Shown here one piece after another: positions 38,901-52,983 of a stretch of DNA of 64,000 bases (its first letter is position 1; every line of letters starts with the position of its first letter). A program made the translations under genes and the position numbers. Under the pieces are notes generated by a model, which was not told where the DNA came from, did no database searches, and saw nothing but the letters and a program-made list of their open reading frames with translations. The stretch is from Trichosphaerium sp. ATCC 40318 (taxonomy: Eukaryota > Protista > Tubulinea), in contig JALMLS010000420.1 in assembly GCA_038496445.1 (NCBI GenBank), forward strand, positions 186,001 through 250,000. The letters are read 5' to 3'.

Positions 38901-41180
38901 ATGATATTTCTGTTGTCTGTAACTGTTTTTGTAACAGTAGTGGTTGCATTTATCTTGGTACTGCATTAGACGACGTTTTTGTGGTTTTTAACGCGTTGTA
39001 GAGGGCATTAACACCATTTTACAGATTGAGACATATACCTGGCCCAAAAGTGTTGCCACTCTTCGGTACTAACTGCTACGCGCCAGTAAGCGTACTAAAA
39101 CGGCTAACACGATGCAGGTAATTTGCTTTCATTTAAAACTGAGCAATATCCTATTCTGTACCATAAATGGGCGAAGCAGTACGGCGGAGGTGCGTATGTA
39201 TGTTTAGTGGCAACATTTAACTGTTTTTCTACAGTTTATCGTGTATGGATGGGTACAAAGCCTATGGTTATTGTCACAGATCCACGTACGCTTGGAGAAC
39301 GTATGACGACTTTGTTGATGCCTCGCTAGATGTCATTCACGACATTTCCTTGAAACGGTTTGAAAACTGGCGAAACCGCCCTCCACAGCAAGTAAGTATT
39401 ATATACTAACCAGAAAATATAAATTTATCTGTCTAGCATCTAGTATATTTCAGTATTTTGATGAAAGTTATTAACTAACATTATTTTAGATAAAACCACG
39501 TGAAAAACGTGATTTGCTGTGGACTAGAGATGATGACTGGAAGTCTATGCGTAGGGCTGTAGCTCCTTCTTTCAATACAATTAATTTAAAGAGTATGCTG
39601 GATGTTATGAATGACCATGCAAGGGTGTTTGTTGAAAAGCTAAAACTAATGACAAAAGAACCAGAAATTGATGTATATCAGATGATTGGCAAGTTCACTT
39701 TGGATGTTATAGGTACACCTTGTGATATTATTTAACTGATATATGTATCTCATTAATTGTAATTCAGGTTCTACTGCATTCGCTGCACAACTTCGTTGTC
39801 AAGAAAACGAAGGACATGCCCTGGCAAGAGCAGCACGTGTATTATTTGATAATAGTGGTATTTTGGCTCCAAAAGGTGGATGGCTTGTGACATTGATAAC
39901 AACTGCTTTCCCTTTCACAGTGCCTATAATATCTAAATACTTTCCAAGTGATGCAATGAAGAAATTGCGATCATCGTTGAAAGTAGTAGGTACTCCTGCA
40001 ACGAAGTCTATTTTTTCTGTCATTTTTTTTTCTTCGTTTTTCTTTTGGTCTTCCAGGCTTTTAGTTCGTACTGACTCTTCGTCTCATCTCTTATTTAGAT
40101 AGCCATACATTAGAGATACTTACCAAACGCAATAAAGCTACTGAAGAGCATGCTGACTTTTTATCATTACTGCTAAAAGCAAAAGACAAAGAAACAGGAA
40201 GATCTTTGACTCACGAAGAAATACGTGATCAGGTTAACCTGTTTATGCTTGCTGGTTATGATACAACAGCTAATTCTATAGCATGTACAATATATAACCT
40301 AGCAAAGCATGAGAAGGTGCGTTAGACTCAAATGCTGTTGTAAACCTCAAATACTAATACTATAGCTTAGATATGTGAAGAAGTTGTCGAAGAAATTGAA
40401 CAAGGTAAGTTTTTTGAGGATACAAGCGCCTCTGGTCACTTATGGATACTTACTTACTACTTACTGTTTAGTAATGGGTGATGATCAGCCAACCTTTAAC
40501 ACTTTGCTTAACCTCAAAAAGCTCACAATGGCGTACAATGTTAGCTTTTTTTTTTACGTGTATAAAAACCAAAACGAGGACTAATTTAATGGTAACAGGA
40601 ATCCCTTCGTTTATATCCTCCTGGACCTATGATGCTCCGAGAGACAGTCAAAGAAACTGTAATTGGTGGCTATTATATCCCACGTGCGTTCATCATCACA
40701 ACATCACGTGATTGTCATTGAAGCATATCTACCAACTTTTTCATTTAGGAAACACTGTTATAAGTATGCCTACATATGCAATGCATAGACATGCCAAGTA
40801 TTGGCCAGATCCAGATGCTTTTAAACCTTTCGAAAGGTGGTCTGAAGAAGCAATATCTAAGAGATCAAAGTTTGTATTTTTTCCTTTTGGCATTGGGCCA
40901 AGAAGTTGGCAAGTTGTTTTTTTCATAGAACTAAGTTTGCTAATGTCGGACTAGCATCGGCTTTAGATTTGCTGAAATTGAAGCAAAAATTGTTCTTCTG
41001 CAACTACTAAGACATTTTAAGTTCGAGCTAACTCCAGGGCAAGATCCATTGGTACGTCATACTTGCATTGCACAAAACTGTACTTGAAAAATTGAGTTAA
41101 CCTTTTTCATATAGCGCTTACGTTCTGGCATTACTATGGGTCCTGCTAATGGTGTAAAAGTAAAAGTGTCCCTGAGGTGA
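38901..41180 (+). CDS. Cytochrome P450 (membrane-anchored)
   Basis: N-terminal TM then IPGP, AGYDTTA, ESLRLYPP, PFERW and FFPFGIGPRSCIG. The heme Cys codon is split by an intron. Confidence 0.93.
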
Positions 41181-41277
41181 GGGTATTTAATGACAATAAC
41201 ATAATAATAAACCAGGTAACCTTGTTACAGCGAAGTGAAAGGGGTTTTTTTTAATGAAATTAGTTGAAATACACATA

Positions 41278-43302
41278 TCAATTTCTGAGCGTCATTTCAA
41301 CTTTTACACCTTCCTTTGGTATAACAGTGAATGATTCACTCTGTGGTATAGGCCATGTTCTATTATCTGGCCATCCAAACTTAAATTTTTGAATAAGACG
41401 AGAAGTAGCTAATAAAATCTCTGCTTCAGCAAATGACTTTCCAACACAAATCCTAAGTCCAGCTCCAAATGGAGAATACCTGTATTTGAGAAAAAAAAAA
41501 ATTAGAAAAAAACAAGAATTGTTTCTATCTGTGTACTGCCGTTCAAAAATGAAATTTTTAAGTTTCTTACCCATGTAGTGGTATATTCTTTGCGTTTTCT
41601 TGTGAGAAACGAGATGGTTTATATTTATATGGTTCAGGGTATACTTTAGGGTTAAAATGAGACATAAAGAGAGACATCATAACTACTGACTAAATGGGTG
41701 TTAAGTCAGCTTTTAAACGTTTTTAAAGGATCTCGTACCCCTTTGGGAATATTATGTGATCCTACTTGTACATCCTTAACAAGTTGACGACGTACACTTG
41801 CACCTGAAGGGTACATTCGCATTGCTTCTTTAACACATTGACGTAAGTACTTAAAGTTTTTTACATCAGAGTATTTTGGCTGAGACTCTACGCCACCCAT
41901 GTGCTTTACAACTTCATCAAAAACTTTTTGTTGATCTTCAGGGTGTTTAGCTAGACACCCTATGGTATAAGACAATGCATTCGATGTTGTCTCTGCGCCA
42001 GCTAAGCTGTAGTTTTTGTAAGAAAAAACCTAAGCAAAAAACTGATAGCAAGAAACGTACACAAATGTGAAACATTCATCAAGCACTTCCTTTGGAGTTA
42101 GGTATCTTCCTTCCTTCTTTATTGATATCAAAATATCCAGTAAGTCACTCTTCTTACGATCAATATCTTCCTAAAAACAACAAGTTGAGCTAAAATGTGT
42201 GTTGTTCTTTTTTTGTTTGAAGCAAGTTCTTTGAAAAAAAAACCCAATCACTTTCCAATCAGAGCGTCTCACATACCCTGCTTTCTCTTGCCTCCATTTT
42301 CTTGTTAATTATATCAAAGCATACTCTTTCAACGAGTTTTCTTGCTTTGACAATCTTTCTTTGAGGCGCAAACGGAATAAACTCCAAATACTTTGATAAT
42401 TCTAAAGGTTCCTGAACACGGAAGATTGTTTCCTTCATGAGCACTTCTATAGCTTCCTGAACCTTTGATCTATTTCCAAATATAGCTAACACAATCAGTA
42501 CAACCATTAAAACATCAAACGGGGTCCAATAAACTCGCTAACAGCGCGAAATATAGAAAAACTGTCAAAGTTGAAAAAAACCAAAAAAAGCTGTTTACCA
42601 TTAAACTCGAAGCTGAATGCAGCTTTGCCAATGACATCCAGCGTAAGGTTTCTATACTCCTCGTACATATCCACAAGCGTTCTTGGTTTTGATACTTTGG
42701 ATTCTAGTTTTTTCGCCAACTGGTCTACACATTCTACCATAGACCACGTAATACGCTCTAACGACTTACTGTGAAACACAGGGGATATTAAACGGCGGTG
42801 TTGATTCCATTTTACGCCTTCTTGCATAAAAAGCCCTTCGACCCCAAAAGTAGTCGCTACTACGCGACTAAATCCTATCGTAATGCGTTAGACATTGTTT
42901 TACGAATTTTTTGTGTTTACTGTAACCGCGAACGTTTGTCGAGCGTAGAACCTTTGTCATCCATTCGAGGTTATTTATAAAGTATATAGAGCGTCCAGGG
43001 AAGGAAACGTTAATCTACAAAAACAATTGTTTGATTGAATGACATTTACGTCATGAGCGTACAATGTCGCCGCATTGATCATGCCATCTCCTCACGCAGC
43101 GGTGCAGTGATCCTTCTTGTTTTATTTGCAGTGCATGACCGAAAAACCAATGAAAAGGCTCCGGTCGGGGTACAGTAGCTACTGGCTTAGGTATGCGTAA
43201 CTAATATATAAAATTGAGCGCTGTATACGTTGTAATCCTACATACCTGCCAATATAGTAATAAAACGATGGTAACGGCGCCTAGTAGCAGTTCTACGAGC
43301 AT
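41278..43302 (-). CDS. Cytochrome P450, convergent with its neighbour
   Basis: N-terminal TM, WNQHRRLISPVF, AGAETTS, EAMRMYP, YKPSRF and YSPFGAGLRICVG. Confidence 0.93.
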
Positions 43303-43429
43303 ACCGCATTAAATGAATCAATATTGGTATTTCGAAAGTCTTTAGTGACACAAAGCGTTTTCAGATAAAAGAGCGTTTGTGTTGTTCTAGTAGCTCCTCG
43401 CCCTCATACTTTTTTCCTTTATCCGAACA

Positions 43430-44248
43430 ATGAGTCGTCAGCCTTGTGCAAAGAGAGAACCTTTAAAGATAGCAAGACTCACAACAAAAGACGTTGACGC
43501 AACGACCAAGGCGTTTGTAGATGTCTGGATGGATTCTAACACGATTGTAAAGGTAAAATAATCTTTTTTTTTTAACTCTTTGTTTTGCTTGCTACTAACG
43601 CTACGGGGAACCTCAGGCGTTGAAGATACCACGAAGGGAGTTGATACCGTATTTAAGCCTTGTCGTGAAACAAGCTTCTTTATATCCTTCAGTACGCTTA
43701 AACACAATAATAAATATCCTCACGCGTCGTAATAGGTTATTGCAAAGGTTGGAGAACGTATTGTGGGGTTTTTCCTTTGCTTTGATTTTCAGGATAAAGA
43801 TATTTTTGAATCGAGGTACATGTCAAGAAAAGTACAAATATGGAAGTCTTTCATAGGTGCTTGTGAAGACGAATCTACAAATGTTTTATATGATATGGGT
43901 ATACCTCTAAGTAGAGGTAATATTATATATGGCGTTGCAGGTGGCATGGATAGTGAGTATAGATCATCAAGACATTTTTATAAACTAGTTAGCGCTTTTG
44001 TTTCTAGCGTTCATGGAGCTGGTTATAATTATGCTTACGCTATTCAAACACATCCTTCGACTGTCACAAGTCCTGTAGCTGGACCTGGTATACATTATAA
44101 ATCGTGGAATTCCTTTAAACTACCTGATGGTAGCAAACCGCTGGCACATGTTAGAAGACCTTCTACAGCAAAAGTTACATTGGCCACTTTTTCAGACAAC
44201 TTTTTACAATCTCAGTATCCAAAGGAGAGGTTAAGGGCAAGACTGTGA
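43430..44248 (+). CDS. GNAT-fold acetyltransferase-like protein with a C-terminal PTS1-like ARL
   Basis: IARLTTKDVD, VIAKVGERIVGFFL and motif-A-like GMDSEYRSSRHFYKLV..GYNYAY. Ends RLRARL*. Confidence 0.55.
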
Positions 44249-45745
44249 CTGAGCTAAACGTATAGTTCATAAAAATAAAAGATTATTGTACAAATAAGTT
44301 GCGAATCTGTCCTTTTGAGGAGACGTACAAAAACCTAACAAATTAAGAATACAATAGCTCGTTTTGAATATAAAGAAGTGTTTATTTACTGGAGGGTAAT
44401 GAAATCATTCCCTTATTATTGAGAATGTTTCACCCTCATTCTCTTTTTTTTGATTGAGCTAGGTTTGTACCTCATATCTCGTACATTCCCAAGTGGAATG
44501 CGGTACACACAAAGGCAACTATGGTAAACACAGTGTTGGTGAAAGCGTCGCTTTGTGAGGGAAACAAAAGTGATGGTGCTAGTTCAGTTTCTGTTGGCAG
44601 ACCAGTTGGTGAGCTGGTTGGAACAAAAGCACAAACACCATCAATAAGAATTGATTCTGTATCACATAAACAATCTGGACCACAAAAGTCTGAACCATCA
44701 CATTCCTCAGTTAAGTCATCGTGGATATTGTTACCACAATCTACAGAGTGCTAATGTTAGTATTTCTTCCGGTTTTATTGGCTCTCTAAATACGTACCGT
44801 TGGTAACATTCAATGGTAGGGAGACATTTATAATATATGGAGGTGTTGTTGAGTCAATAAAAAAGTCGATGAGAAACTCTAAGGTAACAGTGTGTTCACC
44901 GTTTAATGGACCAACTAAATCTAATTTTAGGTGCATTTCAAATTGGTTTGATTCATTGGCTTGTTGTAATATCTCGATAGTATTGTTACTGGTCATGTTG
45001 ATGCGCAAATTGCTTGGACTAAACAAAACTGTTAACAAGTCTAAAAACAACTTTTAAAAGCGTCACGTGCCTTGGGGTTTCAAAGGTAACTGTAGCATAT
45101 ACGCTTTGTTTTAAATCAAACAGAGTTTGTTCAGATGCGAATTCATTCGTTCGGTATGTTGTTGACAAAACCGAGGTGATGATAGACGGTTCAACTTGAG
45201 AAAAAAAAAAGTCAGAAAAAAAAACCAAAAAAAAAAATTCCCTCAAAAACACAAAGAAAACTACGTACTTGGACTACCGTTTATAATATATACCTTGGCT
45301 TCATCAGGGGCACCTATTAATATGTCATCAAACCTATCTCCATGCACATCTACGCATTTTAAAGTTGGGTTTGTTATATTTCCGTTGATGAATACTGTAT
45401 CATCATCTGTGAAATTTGATAAAAAGCTATGACGATCAAGAAGTCTGCTGACATTTTGTAATACTATAGTATTGCCGCTATCTTTATCAGTCAAAATCAA
45501 ATCCATTACTCCATCTCCGTTGAAGTCACATACTTCGATGAACTGACTAGAATTAGTAATATCATTTGTTATTATTCCTCCATCTCCGTCTTCAATCAAA
45601 GTAGTAAGATTGTACGGCTCTTCAATCTCAAGGTATCCTGTTTTACCCCGAAACAGATAGATCGTGCCTAAAACATGTGCGATTAATAGTTAGAATCGCT
45701 TATTCTTTGTACCTTGAGCTGTGCCAATAGCAAACTCTGCCAAGC
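44214..45745. repeat. Left arm of a near-identical inverted duplication (pairs with 57903-59434)
   Basis: Reverse-complement match including introns and 3' flank; for example ORFs 44521..44754(+) and 58898..59131(-) encode identical peptides. Confidence 0.95.
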
Positions 45746-47012
45746 TATCTCCAGTTATATCTGTTAACCCATTAATGGAACTCCCAAATTCATCTCCCTC
45801 ATTTGTGCCACATAAAATAAAACCCACTTGACCTGCTTTTGCTATGAAACCAGCTGACTCGCTCTCCGCTTCTTGGTAAGAAATTAATATCCATACACAT
45901 CCTGTATTATTTTCTGCAGCCACATGGCTCATGGCAAGCGAAGAGCCAGGATTAGGATTTCCTTCTTCCTGAAACCCGCTTATAGAACCTACAAAAGGAT
46001 TATTGTAAACTATACTGACTGGGCTTACCAATAAATGTTAGAACTTGTCCGAAATCGCCAGGCAATGCTCCAATGTGTACCGAGCCAGGAAATAGTTCAT
46101 CAGGAACGTTGTATACTGCGCCAGGAACAACATACGCTGTACTTCCACGGAAAAAGATAACTACAGTGCTATTGTCTGTATCGCCCTTTATCGAAGCGGC
46201 AACGTCGCCAATGCCATCTCCGTCGCCATCACCACCGGCCACTGACAACACATTCTGCGGATAAGTGAAATCTGGTTCAACTGCAAAATCTTGAACTCTT
46301 TTCCCATTGTTCAATCTTGTCGCACTACTTATACCTATATGTACCTTTTTTTATTATTATGGATCATTGTTGTAAACGCAACGTACTTGTCGCGCACCAA
46401 ACAGTCCCAGGATGAGATCATCAACACCATCTCCAGTAATATCGGACGTTGCAATCAGCTGCAAGTTCTGGTAAGAAATCACTTCAGTACAGTTCGCCTT
46501 ACCTTGCCTAGCATTTCACCTATCCCTCCCAAAGCAAGCGCCAATTCTTCTATGACATTTGCTCTTCCGTTTTGGAGTAGATCAAGCACATTGACACTAG
46601 TTGTCCCTAGGTTGGTAAGTATCAAACTGCAGCATAGTATCATACCAAACCGAAAAACATCTACTCCTGTCTGAATTGTGTGTATTCGCCCAAGTTCAAC
46701 TTCTTGTGAAGTAAACTTTGGAGCTCCAATGGTAAGCTGAACTGTTCCAGTTAAGCTCGTAAAAAGTGCACTACTTGCGTACACTCGCTGTTGTTGCGCA
46801 ACACCTCTATGGAGCTTCCGAATTGGAAATCACTAGCACCAGCAGTAAGAGTGGTAACTTTGTAACCATCTACGTGAGCTATGTCTATAGTTCGTCCTGT
46901 TGAGATGATTGAGCTTATGCACGCGTAATTTAGCTAACTTTAATGTGTACCCACTGTGTACGACCAATAAAGGCAAATAATGAAAACTCTGTTTGCGTCT
47001 AGGCCTAACCAT
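44472..47012 (-). CDS. FG-GAP/integrin-alpha-like surface protein, long form, gene A
   Basis: IGAPKF, DITGDGVDDLILG, GDGDGDGIGDV, DFNGDGVMDLIL and DVHGDRFDDILIGAP. CGNNIHDDLTEECDG Cys module and a hydrophobic GPI-like C-terminus. The 5' end is uncertain. Confidence 0.8.
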
Positions 47013-47336
47013 CGTAAATACTGGAGTTAGGCGCTATTTATGTACTTTTGTACATTCCAAAGAGAGTAAGTAACGAAAAAAAAAGGAGCAAACATGGTTT
47101 GCTATCCGATAGTCAAACACTTTCAAGAGGAAAACAAGATCACCCTAGCTGAGCTATGTAGGGAGGGTTTTGCTGCTTACGTATAAGTTGCGTAATCGCT
47201 CACTAAACCACGTGGTCATACTTTGTAAGCACAGGCAGAAATACTTGATTGATTCATTCCGTATAAGTTGGATGTTTTAAGTCTTTTATCATTCTAACGT
47301 AATTCAAACAACTCAGCACCTCAGCTCTTTCAAAAA

Positions 47337-49747
47337 ATGTATTGTATTTCGAAAATATTGGTTTTGTGCGTTCTAGGTACGCGTGATAAACAGAAATCGC
47401 TCTGATTCTAGATTACACGATGAATAGAAATCACTCTGACTTTATGTAGTTTCTATTGTTGTAGGCATGCACTTGGAGCCAGTGTTAGTTGGTCGTATTC
47501 AAGGGCGCCCTGAAGAAGGATTTGGGAACCCTTTCTATGCAGATAACGTGTTCGGTGCGCAACTTGTTAGATTGAAATACTACTTTTTCTCACTCGATGA
47601 AGGCGCCATACTTTCAGGAGCGCCACAAAGAGATACCATTAGTGGTATCCAGGGCTTTGGAGCGTTTCAACAGTTTCAGAAGAGTGCCATGAAAGGCACC
47701 CAATCATTGGATGAGGTGCCACACACTACCACCCAGCATGTTCCAACACTGCAACGGAGAGATGCTGGTTTTGGAACAAACGTAAGAACTCGCACTGGTT
47801 AATTTTGCTAACTTTTCAATCAAGCTATCTCGCGCAATTTTGGGAGGAATGGTGAGAATTTTTGCCAAATTGCCTGGTAAACCTGTAAGTATTATTGTGT
47901 TGTCTGAATCTAACAACCATGTAGATTTATGTGTATCTCGATAATTCAACAGATCAACCTGCACAATTATACATAGATGGAGAGTTGTGCTTCGAGTTTG
48001 TGCTTGGACAGAACAGACCAAATGGAACTGTTGGGATTATGATGCAATGTGATAACCTTTACGCATTTGATGCGAATTTGGAAATGCTAGATGTAAACAC
48101 TTCTACATCAATACTAGACACCCCAAATATCAACACCCAAATATTTCTTGATGGTTTAGAAATCTTGGGCTACTACCGTGCGTTTGTTTTTTGTTTTATA
48201 CAAATACCTATTCACAAATTGTTAACCAAGTACCATTCTAGATACGACTAATAACTCATATCCAACTTTAAAACAATATCTTAATGACCAATCTACCCGT
48301 GTAGTTGTCATAACAGACGAATCAAATCCAGTTGTGCGTGATGAAAACATTCAACCAGTTGGAACATCGGGATTAAGTTTCAATGTGGACATGTATATTA
48401 CATCAAGCACACAAGTCGGACACACTGAGACAAGCTTTTTTCTTGTATTCACTGACAATAATCGTGAGTTGGGATTGCTTAAATCGTAGATAGTCGTCTT
48501 ACTGTTATTTTAGAGACAATAAAGGTGATGGAAGTACCAACCAATTATTTAAATGCTCCTGTTGAATTATTTGAGATATACAATGACATGTGTCCTCAAG
48601 GAGAACAAGTCCACGTGACTTCAGGGAAATTAGACGGAGACACTTACAATGACCTTGTGTTCGCTTGTAATAGTGAAATTTTGCGTTTAAGTGGAAGTGA
48701 ACTAGCTGGCGTAGAGCAAGGAGCGAAATTGATCCTGTCTGAACTCAACATTGTGAAGCAAGCAGTAGACAATAATATTACTGGTATACAATCAGCTGAT
48801 GTTGATAACGATGGTATAGATGAAGTGATAGTAGGCAGTCTTAATGCAGACATGTCAGCTTACAACATGGGTACGAGCAACAAATTGCAATGATGTTTCT
48901 AACCTTAAACTTGTAGGAACGCTCGGGGAACCAGTTTATACCATAGAAGTAGTTGACTCTAACGATGAGGTAATGAGTACCAATGTGTTTGATAGACGTC
49001 AAAAAAGATTTTTGCGTGCAACATTCGACGATATGAGGTAAACGTTTTTGTTGGCACATTGTTTAAGAATTGTTCCTCACATAATTGTTACAGAAATGGA
49101 AACGTCAACGTCATTGATGTCACTGTGAATGGTGTCACTGTAGATTTCACTGTAACTACTCAGATAATCGAAGGGTCAGTAGTAGTGAGGGTAGACTATG
49201 TTCGCGATACAACTGATAGTGTCGAAAATGTTGTCATTGTGTTGACTCGCTCCGAACACCCGTTCATTTCAAAGCAATTTAACATTGGCAGCATTATAAG
49301 TATAACTTCTGGTGCGTATTGTAAACTGTTCTTAACAAACTGTGTATCAAACTAACTCATTAAACAGACTGTGGGAATGGTAACTTTGATTCGGTCACTG
49401 AAGAGTGTGAAGGTACACCTGGGTGTTCTTATGATTGTCTGTGTGAAACTGCTTACTTGGGCAATGGAACTTGTGTACCTCCTCCAACAACTTCACCAAC
49501 AACAAATGCACCAACGACAGAGTCTCCTGCAATGAGGTCAACGACTGAGGCTCCTTTTTTCATTACTGAAGCACCTGAGACTTCTGTGATGCCAACTGCA
49601 TCTGTTCCAGTTGCTTTGTCTCCATCAAACCCGGTAACAGTTCCGTCAAAGTCCATAACAAGTGGCTCTTCAAAGAATGCCTTCACAAATGTGATTAGTG
49701 TTATTATCGCAATTTGTGTTGTATTTGCCACCGCCCTGTCCTATTAA
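47337..49747 (+). CDS. FG-GAP-like GPI-type surface protein, short form, gene C
   Basis: Signal MYCISKILVLCVL/VSIVVG, SGAPQR, GKLDGDTYNDLVFAC, DVDNDGIDEVIVG and DCGNGNFDSVTEEC. P/T-rich stalk and hydrophobic C-terminus. Confidence 0.8.
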
Positions 49748-50471
49748 TAAAAACCAATTTTGCATAGTTACTTTAGTACCTAGTGACACCAATAGAGTAC
49801 CACGGATATGATTTTTCTTAACTAAACAAGACGGTCACTTACCATGGATGGAGTGACTTGGAAGATATAAATCCTCACTAGCGTGTTGCGTTTGACCCAC
49901 ATATACGTTACTCTTCCTCCAAACCTGCCTTTTTGCTTACTCTGTCCCTTGTTGGTTCTAACTTAGGTTGTCTTTTAATTTTTGTTCTTTGTTTTTACAC
50001 TGTTGCTCTTCATTTTACAAAATTGAGTTTGGTGTTTCTAACAAAAAGTACCAACCCCTCCGTTTATTACTCTATGAAACGTTAAAGGGCACACGAAAGA
50101 TGAGAATATGTGGAAGAGAGACGCGGCCTTAGTTACGCTATTGTGACATACGTAATACATTCAGAATACATTTGTGTATTTCGTCAAAGTTCACAATGAA
50201 TATCTTAGTGGAAATACTTGGAAAAAATGCATACTGAACATGGTGACGTTACACGTTACACTCTACAAGAAGCATACGTCTGAAAAAGGTTTGGGATTTT
50301 GCTAGAACTTATTACAAAATTGGAAATGTAAATTTATGCAATAAAACTTGGGCATGTGATTTTTTCAACAACTATTATTTTGGCATAACTTCCGCAATGA
50401 AAGACGAGTGTTAGAAACGTTTTGTGGTGCTTTCAGATCACATGTTACCATTGACATATCAAAAACAATAT

Positions 50472-52832
50472 TTATGCGACAGTACAGTGTACTACTAGTA
50501 TCCACAAAACTAAGAAGAATGATACAATATGCGTTGGTGAGTTGCTTGTAATTGTTGATATTGTAATTGGTGGGGTTGTATTTGGTGATGTTGTGGTTGA
50601 ACCAAATGTAGTTGATACTACTATTGATGTTGGTGATGTTGTTGTTGTTTGAGAAGTAGTGGGTGCATTTGTAGTCGATTGAGAAGTAGTGGGTGCATCT
50701 GTTGTCGGTATCATTGTTGGAGGTACACAAAATCCATTACCCAAGTATGATGTGAAACACAGACATTCATTGTCACATCCAATTGTACCATCACACTCTT
50801 CAGTGTTTGAGTCGAATACACCATTTCCACAATCTGTTTAGACAATGTCAATATTTACAAGAGTTCCAATGTTCTTGTTTTACAAAGTACTTACTTGATG
50901 AAATGTTGATTGTATGACTCACGTTAAATGAAACATCAACAAAAGGGTATTCAGTCATACTCAACATGATATTTACATTTTCTTCACTATCAGTGGTATT
51001 ACGTTTGTAGTCCATTACCAATACTATTGATCCATTGATGCGCTCAGAAGTTTTTTTATACGCAATTGTATTATCATTCACAGTGACTTTTGCTATGTCG
51101 ATGTTTTGGCTTCTGAGGTTGAAACATGAGCAGCTCAAAACAAAAAAAAGAAAAATCAAGCTTGTACTACAAGACGGAAAACCCTTCTTTGGAGAGTATC
51201 GAACATATTGGAATCATTTGCAGTTGACAATGTAAGCACCTCAAGTTGATACGCTGGCGTTTTGAGGATTCCTAAAAGTTGTGTTAAAACAAAATAAAAA
51301 AGAGCTGTAGTTTTTAGTACCTGTTTTATAAGCAATGACCGATGGAACTCCAGAAATACCAATTTCATCAATACCGTCTTTGTTAAAGTCACAACTTTGA
51401 AACCCAGTCATGTTGACAGGAGCTTGTGCCACCTGTGCTGTGATTTCTGACATATTCAATTGTGTTCTGTTTTCGAAACTGATAGAGCGACCAGGAATCC
51501 AAAAGAATGTTCTGTCGTTGAGGCAACCGAATGCACTATCTGTTATATTATCTCGGTCATATTTCCCTGACTTCATAACCAAAGCTCTTTCAGGACAGAT
51601 GTCGTTGTACAACTTAATCGATTGACTTTGGGCATTTGACCCATTGATTGATATTGTTTGTGGTGTAACATATTCTAAAGCAACGTGTTAATACTTAATT
51701 GTAAACCCCCAAGACTATACGTTTGTCGTTTTGGATATAGAGGAGAAAAGAATCCTCATTTTGGACCATTTGGTAAGCTGCCATGACACGGTAGTCTAAT
51801 ACAACTCTGATACCAAAAGTTGATTCTGGTTCAAAGTCATCAGCATGTACAATCTGTTTCAGTTTGTTTAAAACGAAATACAGAACTGTAGATTGGTTGT
51901 TGTGCTTGTAATAGGCCGGATACATCTCATTACTAGTAGCTATATTGATGCTTAGAAGAACATTGGTCACGTGTTTTAACTAAGACGTACTGAAATACCC
52001 CAAGATTTGTAAACCATCAATGATTAATTGTAATTTAACAGTGGTGTTGTCAAGTATCGACGTTGATGTTTCTGCAGCGTACATTTGGGGAGTGATAATA
52101 AACGAGTATAATTGGTCACATTGTGCCATTATCCCGATGTTTCCATTGAGCTTATTCAGCGCAATCTCAAAGTTATAAACTCTCTCTCCGTCCAAGATTA
52201 GTTGTGCTGGTTGAGCGCTTGAACCATGAGTGTATATGTAAATCTACATAACAGTAAAGATACAGTACATCTATTTCAGTAGGTACCTTTCCTCGACCTG
52301 GTATAATAGTAAAAGTGTATTGTACTCCTTGAAACACTACGCTTGCAAGCTTGATAGAAAAGTTAGCAGTAGAGGGAGCCATGATTTCGTACATTTGTTC
52401 CTAAATACGAATTTGGAAGTGCAGGTGAGGGAAGATGTTGTGTGGTTGTATGAGGAACATCTTCTAGAGATGAAGTGCCAACTAAACTAAGTGAGCGGAG
52501 AATATTCCGTAGTGATTGAAGTTAGTTACCAGGTACATTTTTTACAAAACTGTTAAACGACCCAAAGTTCAAAACTGAGCCCTTTCTTTGCCGTGGAGCT
52601 GACACGTCAAAATTATCTACAGCTTAAGTAAGCAAAAACCGAGTACGATCATAAAAAGAAACATGGCGTACCTAGATCGTTAGACGCAACAAATGACTCT
52701 CCAAAGCTGGCATCAACTATTCCTGTTATGGTGAAGAGCTCAGAAGGCTCCGCAAGCTTACTAAGTGAAGTTGAAACTATAAACTGTAAGATTTGATTAT
52801 CACGGACTATACGTCGACATCCCCAAAAACAT
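50472..52832 (-). CDS. FG-GAP-like surface protein, short form, gene D
   Basis: Same exon layout as C. GKYDRDNITDSAFGC, DFNKDGIDEIGI and DCGNGVFDSNTEEC. T/P stalk and hydrophobic tail. The first exon is uncertain. Confidence 0.78.
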
Positions 52833-52983
52833 TTCTGTTTTGTTGCAAAAAAGCCGAAAATGGTGTGAGTTTTCTGTAAACGACAAATTGGTGAAAGTGG
52901 CTGCAAGTGTACTAGGTCTCTTTGTAAAGACACCCACACCGACAGGAAACTAAGCCCATTTTAGGGTTTGTTTGACTTTCGTT
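52826..52983. repeat. About 150-bp conserved 5' block between divergent genes D and E, duplicated at 62420-62578
   Basis: TTTCTGTTTTGTTGCAAAAAAGCCGAAAATGGTGTGAG...GGTTTGTTTGACT occurs twice in direct orientation. Confidence 0.9.

Noticed and set aside
47781-47824. Apparent frameshift in gene C, and the equivalent site in D
   Set aside because: Explained by a conserved GT...CTAAC...AG intron.
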